From assembly GCF_009914755.1 (NCBI RefSeq), contig NC_060937.1: a stretch of DNA of 64,000 bases; one strand, 5' to 3'. The stretch comes from the human T2T-CHM13v2.0 reference genome, Homo sapiens. Numbering within the stretch: position 1 is the first letter of the stretch; each line of letters opens with the position of its first letter. Positions 53,915-64,000 of this stretch are shown here, in pieces. Made by a program: the position numbers and the translations under genes. The notes below the pieces were generated by a model. That model had not been told where the DNA came from. It worked only from the letters and a program-made list of their open reading frames with translations, and searched no databases.

Positions 53915-55592
53915 TTAGTGCTATGATTAACCTCTAATGTTGGACATGTAAGTGTCAGTATAATCAGTAATACAGCAACAGACATCTTTGAGCATAAGGC
54001 TTTTTAACTGTAATAGATTGCTAGAAGTGAAATTACCTAGTTAAAGAGTATGAATATTTTTAGTGTTCTTAATATATATTGCCAAATCCAAGAGCAACTG
54101 TATTCTTGTATCAACAATAAATCAAAGTTTTAAATTTCATGCCTTATTTTGCCGACATTGGATTTTCTCATTAAAAGAGAAAGGGCTAATTTCATGGGTG
54201 CAAATGGCACGTTATTGTTGTTTTGAATTCGTTATTGGTGACACTGAATATTTATCTGTGTAGGTTGTTGATCAGTTAGATTTTCTCTTTTACGGATTGT
54301 TTATGTCCTTGGCCCATTTATCTATAAGGTGAGTGAGTAATATTTAAGTTGTTGTTAATGAATTATTAATTTATCATACTCGGCATAGTCCCCATTTAGT
54401 CAATTTTTCTGAAAAATCGTTTCCCCTGTTATTCATTATAGCATTTTAAAGCAGAAATTTCAGATTTTTATGAAGTCAGACCTAAGCCTATTGATCTTCC
54501 ATTGATTCAACACTTTTAGTTCTTCCTCAGCCAAAGAATTGATTAAAATTTGCTTAAATTTCTCATAGATATTTATAGTTTTTATATGTGATTTCTAAGC
54601 CCGTATGGATTTTATGTAAGAAATTCCATGAATTCTGAAGTATATAAAACTGTTTATCCTTGCCTCCCCCACTATGCAGATTCAGAGTGTTCATCTTTTT
54701 GACTTATTATTTCTTCCTAACAGAGATAGCCAGTTTAATAAATGGATGATTTTGATATGTTCATTTTATTTTTCTCAATATTAAGCCGGTAAACATTGCT
54801 CTGAGGGTACCATACTAATCAGTTTTAAAATTTCGTGTCATTTTTGTTGTTGCACAGACATATATACATATGTGTGTGTATGTTTCAGAAAGATGTATTT
54901 ACTGAAAGTTGGATTCATATAGTGGTATTAACTGTATTTTAAATAATAAATACTATTTGTTTTTCATTTTAAGGGTTATACGTACATATATATATATATA
55001 CACACACACTTATAGGTACATGTATATCTTCATTTAAAAAAATAAGAGAACCGATGAGCCAAAAAAGTCTCCATATTGTTACCAGTTATTTAAAATTTGT
55101 TATGTTTATCTTTTTCTATCACGCATACACACAATCATACTATATACTTTTTGCATTTATTTGTTTACATAGTGCTTACGTAGACTGTAATATGCAGATC
55201 ACTCTCTAAAGTTGTATCCATTCAAAATTAAATTTAAATAAGAACCAATATGAATTAGATTTAAACAAGAACCACATTAACTGTGAATTAATGATTTAGA
55301 ACAAATTTACTTAAAGTTAGTTAACCAGCTAATTTACTTATGTGATAGTTTTAAACAGTGTGTATTTACAATAGAGACTCAACTGTGTAGCCAAACACAC
55401 ATTGTGGACTATTTGAAAAATCACAGTGGATTAGAACTTGAAATTTGCATACCCTGTTATTCCCCGAATCTCCCCTAGAAGATGCTAGTGAGAGACAAAT
55501 TAATGAAAGTAATAACCATTTTAGGTTCCCCCTAGGAAATAGCTTGTGTTGGTGTCATGTAAATAGGTAAGATATGTGTTTTTCTTTTTTAG

Positions 55593-55653
55593 GAAGTTGT
55601 GCACTTTCTAGACGAGAAGCATCCAAACCACTATCAAGTCTACAATCTATGCA
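55593..55653 (+). pseudogene. TPTE2/TPIP-like exon A (EVVHFLDEKHPNHYQVYNLC+S), unprocessed partial pseudogene
   Basis: Polypyrimidine tract and AG acceptor, GT donor (GTGTGT), 61 nt. Homologous to recalled TPTE2 [21 protein letters not shown]. Confidence 0.9.
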
Positions 55654-56471
55654 GTGTGTACGTTACTCTATATTTTGCTACTGTAGATAGAAAACAGATT
55701 ACTGCATGTAAGAAGATGATTTTGTTTTTTAGATTGCATTTAATCATAAGTATTTGGTGGTGGCAAGGAATGAATTTAAAAATCCCTATCTTGGACTGGC
55801 CCCGTTTACTAGAAAGAGTTAGCCCAGCAGCACAAAGTACCGTATGAAGGATGTGGCTTTGGCAGTACCAGTGATGCTGGGGTGGAAGCAAACCATTTTA
55901 GGGAAGATCTGTTCTACCCATATTAGGTTTAGGAAAATCTTTCTGTTTTTCCTGCCAGATTGTGTTATGAGGACATAGACAATTTAACAAATGAGTCTTC
56001 TGACCCATCAGCAGTGGCATGTGATGAGAGCAGGGCTCTAGATGGGAAAAAGGCAAAAAACTCTGTAGAAAATAGGTTGTTACCCAGCTTAATACTCTGT
56101 CTCTCTTGATTTTTACCTCTACCTGTATACTCAGTAGACATTTTCAGGGGGCAATGATTTTGGTCAGCTACATTTGCCTCTTGTGTGGTTTCTAACTACC
56201 CTGCAATAATATAATGAATAGTCTGCTAGAAAGTTAAAAATTATACCTATTAAACAAAAATAAGTTGAGGTTAGATTACATGAGATGGATAAACCACTAC
56301 CATCTTTATGTTTTTGAGACCTTGCATTTACTTTAGAGAGCAGGAGCAACTTGGAAAGCTCTTTTTGAAGATAGATGAGGAATTCTAATAAGATATGTTA
56401 ACTTATTCGTAACTTCATCATTTATCATGTTATTCCCTATAGAGATAGGACATACATATTATTTATTTTAG

Positions 56472-56553
56472 GTGAAAGAGCTTATGATCCTAAGCACTTC
56501 CATAATAGCGTTGGTAGACTCATGATTGATGATCATAATGTCCCCACTCTACA
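56472..56553 (+). pseudogene. TPTE2-like exon B ([26 protein letters not shown]+H)
   Basis: TTTTAG acceptor, GTAAGT donor, 82 nt, in phase with exon A. Contains the DDHNVP (WPD-loop equivalent) of the PTEN/VSP family. Confidence 0.92.
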
Positions 56554-56651
56554 GTAAGTTTTATGCTAAGCTGGCTATCAGAAGAGGGCTAAATATATTG
56601 GGCTTGATTTTTTGAAGATATTTTAACTAAAAATCTTAAACTTGAAATCAG

Positions 56652-56740
56652 TGAGATGGTGGTTTTCACCAAGGAAGTAAATGAGTGGATGGCTCAAGAT
56701 CTTGAAAACATCGTAGCGATTCACTGTAAAGGAGGCAAAG
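56652..56740 (+). pseudogene. TPTE2-like exon C ([29 protein letters not shown]+G)
   Basis: CAG acceptor, GTAATA donor, 89 nt, in phase with exon B. Contains the catalytic HCKGGK half of the CX5R loop. Confidence 0.93.
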
Positions 56741-57094
56741 GTAATAACATTTTCCTTTTCATTTCTCCCTTTCTAAATACATGTAAATATAAAGTACAAG
56801 AACAAGATACGTATTGCTATTAATACGTATTAATAACTGTTATCATTTTAAAATATTAGCTCCAAGGTGGAAAGAAGGGAAGGAGAAAGGAAAGAGGAGA
56901 GGAGGAAGGGTGGGAGATAGGGAGAGGATAAGGAAGGGAAGAAAGTAGGAAAAAAGAACTAAGGAAGGTTGAGCATATTTTCCCTTGTTTTCCTAGTATT
57001 TGGCTTTCTTTATTTTTGGTTTGCCAGTTTATATCTCTCAAAATACAAACAGTCTTTAATTTTAGAATGTCAGAGTACTTTTATTTTATTTAAG

Positions 57095-58860
<1,766 letters not shown>

Positions 58861-59859
58861 ATTTAAGGTTGTTCTTAAACTTTGTGAGAACCTTTTAGAT
58901 TAAGTGAGCCAACAGAGATGCTATTTCAAAAATTATACTGGAATTTTTGTAGTGTAATGATACAAAGAAGTTGACATTGGTGGGGTTAAAATGGGGGAAA
59001 AAGCCATTGTAAATCCAACCAATTTAAGTTCAATTAGGTTTTCTCTCATTCAGGTTTAGGCTTTAAATAATCATCTAAGCATATTTCACAAATTTTGACA
59101 AACACAAATAATTACATTTTTAGTGGGCTCTAAATCAATTTTTATATCAAATTCCAGGAAAACATAGCACTGTAAACTGACTTACATAATTCAGTAAAAT
59201 CAAGTTTTAGTCTTATTGACTAGTTTCAAGTCCATTAGTTAATACACAGGTTCTGTGTTTAGCTGTATATTAGTTAATATACAGGTTCTGTGTTTAGCTC
59301 TAAAGGTTGGAATATTGTGTATAAACTGGCAATTTACAATACCATAGTTAAATTAAGAATATAGAGGTTGAATCCTTTGAAATTGCCAGTTTTTAACCAT
59401 CTTTTGCTTTAAAAATGGCCATTTCACATTGCCCAACCTAAAATGTTATTATTCAAGAAGTTAGCATCAGTTTTCTATTAACTAATGCTAATTCCTTGCT
59501 TGAAGGAAAACATTCATTTCAAATTTGACTTTTTTCTTTTTTGCTGAGAGGGGGTTTACATTATTCTGTGTTCACATAATATTTTGATGATTTTGTTAAA
59601 GGTTGTTTAGAGGGCTAATATTCAGCTGGTATGTACCAGAGCAGCCTCTTTTTTATGTGTTCATTCATATTAGTCTTGCTGTCTTCTGGTTGGTTGCTGC
59701 CTGCAGGTTATCATGATGGTAAAAATATTTTATATTGATTTATAGGAGTTCTTTAAAGAATCTGAATGTCAATTTTTCTTAGTATTGCAATTATATTCTC
59801 CCCACATGTTGCCTTTTAAATTTGATTGTGATTTATTTTGTTGTACAAAAGTTTGTAAA

Positions 59860-60165
59860 TTTTTGTTTTGTTTTGAGACATGATCTCGCTCTGTCACTCA
59901 GGCTGGAGTGCAGTGGCACGATCTCGGCTCATTGCAGCCTGAACCTCCCAGGGCTCAAGCGATCCTCCCATCTCAGCCCCTCTGAGTAAGTGGGACTACA
60001 GGCGAGCGTCACCATGCCTGGCTAATTTTTGTATTTTTTATAGAGACAGGGTCTCACTGTGTTTCCCAGACTGGTCTCGAACTCCTGGACTCAAGTACTC
60101 AAGTGATCCACCAACCTCGGCTTCCCAAAGTGCTGGGATTACAGGCATGAGCCTTCATGTCTGGA
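59860..60165 (-). mobile_element. AluJ element
   Basis: Antisense dimer flanked by AAGTTTGTAA on both sides. Confidence 0.92.
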
Positions 60166-60863
60166 GAGAAGTTTGTAATTTTGAATGTAGTAAAATTTGT
60201 TCATCTATGTGTGTGTATGTATTTCATGCTTTTCTGTCATGTTTATGAAATTCACCCTTATACTGATGTAGTAAAGATATTCCACATTTCTTAAAAAATA
60301 TTCAAGTTCCATTTTTAGTATTTGGGTCTTTAATCTAACTGGAAGTTGGGGGGGAAGTATTTTTTTTCATATGGATAGCCAATTGTCCTAACACCATCAA
60401 TTGCATGCTAATTTGTTCTCCATTAATTTGTAGTCCCTCTCAGTAATATACCAAGTTCCTATAAATATTCAAAACTGTTTCTAAGTTCTCTCTACCACAC
60501 TTTTGTAATTATTGTAGCTTTATAATATAGTTTGATAAAGGCAGAATTGTCTTGCTCTTCTTGGAACTTTATTATGACATTCAATTTTAAAATCATTTTG
60601 TGAAGTGCCATAATAAAACACTTGTAGGATTTTTATTGGAACTACATTGAATTTATAGATTAACTTGAGAGAACTGACAACTTTGCGATATTGAGTTGTA
60701 CATGTGAACCATCTTGTTCATTCTTTAATAATATTTTATACTTTTTTATCATGTCTTTGCACATCTTTTCAAAAATTCATTCCTACACAAATTGTGACTG
60801 AAAATGGAATCTCTTTTTTTCTATTACATTTGAGTTGTTTCCAATTTTTACTGTGAGAAATAA

Positions 60864-61223
<360 letters not shown>

Positions 61224-62490
61224 TGAGTGTATACCTCAGACTAAAATTGTTCTGTCTTAGGGTAATGAATCTTGAACTTTACTTGATAATGTCACCTGTT
61301 TTCTAAAACAGTTGTACCAATTTTTACTCCACTGGTATTGTACACTTCAAGCATTCCATATCTTCCCCAATATTTGCAGTTCTGAGTATTTTTATTTTTA
61401 GCCTTTGGGTGTTTGTGTGATGGCATCTTATGGTGGTGATCATTTGCATTTCTATAATTACGAATAAGATTGAGGAAGTTTTCTTAAGATTATTAAGTAT
61501 TTGGATATCCTTTATGTAAAGTAACTTTTTAATTTTCTTAACCATTTTTCTCCTGGATTATTCATCTTTTTTCTCCTGATTGTAGGAGTTCTTTATGTAT
61601 TCTGATTTCAGTTTTGTTATTGGTCATAAATGTATTTCAAGAAAGCTTTTCTGCTCTGTGATTTGCCTTTTCTCTCTCTCAGGAGTATCTTCTGGTTAAC
61701 AGAAGTTCTTAGTTGTCTTACCATCATAGGTATCATGCTTTCCCTTTATAAAGTTTGTATTTTTGTGTCCTGATTAAGACAATTCTCCTTGAGTTTAAAG
61801 GACATTTTACTACTATATTTTCTTCTAGAAGGTTCATTCCTTTTAAAATTGATTTATGTGTGCGATGTGAGGAAGGCATCAGGTTTCATCTTTTTCCATG
61901 TATGGCTATCCAGTCATTCCAGCACACTGGTTGAGAAGATTTTCATTTCTTTACTACCCTGAAGAACATGAATCTGTTTCTGACCTTTCTATTCTGTTCA
62001 TTGATTTTTCATCTTTGTGCCAATAGCACAACTATTTTACTGTTGCTTTCTAATACGTCCTCATTTCCAGTCATGTGAGTATAATCATCTTTTTCTTTTT
62101 CTTCACAATTGTTTGGGTGTTTTAGGTCACCTACTTTTCCATATAAATTTGGAAATCAACTAGTCAAATTACACACACCGGATAGAAATTTGTTTGGAAT
62201 TGCATTGAATTTATAGACTGGGGAGAATTGAATCTTTACAACATTGACTCATCCCACCCATGAACAGAGGTATTCTCTCATTTAGTTAGGTCCTCTTCAG
62301 TTTCTCTTTACAATGCTTTCTCGTTTTCTGTATAGAAAGCTTGCATATTTTTGGTGAGATTTATTCCTAGATATTTGATATTTTATGGTTATTTAAATGA
62401 TATCCCTTTAAAAATATTTTCTAAATGTTTTTTGTTGTTTTAAATACAGCTCATTTTATTTATTAATCTTGCAATTAGCAACTTTCCTAA

Positions 62491-62799
<309 letters not shown>

Positions 62800-63032
62800 T
62801 AAACTCACTTATTAGTTCTACTAATTTATCTATAGATTCTTTTGGATTTTATGGTACATGATTACATCATATAAAAATAGTAAATTGTATTTTTTCCATT
62901 TCAGTCATTTCTCTCCCCTAGCACTGGCTAGAACCTTCAGTACAGTGTAGAATTAGAAGTGGCAATAGCAGCCATCAACATATAGTTCCATTCTCCAGGG
63001 AAAGGCTTTCAACATCTCCCCAATTGCTTTAC

Positions 63033-63033
<1 letters not shown>

Positions 63034-63073
<40 letters not shown>
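63034..63073. repeat. (GT)n microsatellite
   Basis: Directly visible. Confidence 0.97.
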
Positions 63074-63075
<2 letters not shown>

Positions 63076-63104
63076 CTACCATTTATCAGATTAAGAAATT
63101 TCTT

Positions 63105-63412
63105 GGCTGGGCACCATGGCTTACACCTGTAATCCCAGTACTTTCAGAGGCCCAGGATGGGCAGATCACTTGAGGCCAGGAGTTCGAGACCAGCCTGGGC
63201 AACATGGTGAAACCCTGTCTCTACTAAAAAATACAAAAATTTGCCAGGTGTGGTGGCACATGCCTGTAATCCCAGCTACTCCAGCTGAGGCATGAGATTC
63301 ACTTGAACCCAGGAGGCAGAGGTTGCAGTGAGCCAAGATTGCACAGTGCTCTCCAGCGTGGATGACAGAGTGAAACTCTGTCTCAAAAAACAAAACAAAC
63401 AAAAAGAAAAAA
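63105..63412 (+). mobile_element. AluS element
   Basis: Full dimer with an A-rich tail, flanked by AAGAAATT. Confidence 0.94.
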
Positions 63413-64000
63413 GAAATTAGTTTGCTAAGAGTTTTTTTTTTTTTAAATCATGAGTGGATGTTGAATTTTTAAAGATTTTTCTGAATCTTTGAGATGATGT
63501 GGTTAATTACATTGATTAAGTGGTAAACCAACATATTCCTGGAATAAATGTAATTTAGTTGTGCTTTATTATTTTGTTAAATAATTATTAAATAATTTTA
63601 TTATTAAATTGCCAGATTCTGTTTGTTAATATTTTGTTTAGGATTTTCAAATTCATGTCATCTGGGAGAGTGGTTATAATTTTCCTTTCTCACAGTTTTT
63701 TCAAATTTTGGCTTCATAAAATGAGTTACATTTCATTTTCTCTATTTTTCTTCTCTGGGTAAATTTATGCATGCTGATTTTTTTCCTTCTTAAGTGTAAA
63801 GTGAAATTCACCAGTGAACGCACATTGGCCTAGAGTTTTCTCTGGAGAGAAGTCTTTAAATTATGGCTCAATTCCATATATAGAATGTTTTTATAATTTT
63901 ATTTCTTTTGCCAATTTTGGTAGATTATAGTTTTCCCAGCATTTGTCCATTTAATCTAACTTTGCAAATGTCTTGACATCAAATTGTTCACAATATCATT

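Noticed and set aside
55599-55847. 82-aa ORF as a standalone gene
   Set aside because: Only the first ~19 codons are the TPTE2-like exon. The rest is intron read-through.
59234-59299. 35-bp tandem duplication (similar short one at ~25277-25316)
   Set aside because: Ordinary slippage-type duplications with no further structure.

Overview
Primate (very likely human) non-coding genomic DNA. The left ~43 kb is largely GC-rich, interrupted by an AT-rich L1/LTR block at ~14-32 kb, and the right ~21 kb is AT-rich. I find no intact protein-coding gene, RNA gene or CRISPR array. Most track ORFs are chance frames, repeat frames or translated Alu/L1. Two gene-derived features are real. (1) A processed cytochrome c (CYCS) retrocopy at 48047-49079 with poly(A) and a 13-bp TSD, inserted in an internally deleted L1P element. 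It carries ancestral residues (VQKCAQCH), has no stops or frameshifts, and has an in-frame ATG created by a local duplication. (2) Three spliceable, in-frame TPTE2/TPIP-like phosphatase exons at 55593-56740 from a partial duplicated pseudogene. The rest is repeat archaeology: an ERVL/MLT2 5' end, a 2.2-kb CA-rich compound repeat, a near full-length L1MB hosting two three-tier nests (L1>MER4E>MER9 and L1>Alu>LTR13), LTR13A, MaLR LTRs, 14 Alus plus one Alu stub, and several short templated-insertion scars. From memory only and unverified, the CYCS plus TPTE2 pseudogene pair suggests 13q12 (CYCSP33/TPTE2P6 near PARP4). I see no convincing novel biological system. Repeat subfamily names come from recalled consensus sequences, not from a search.
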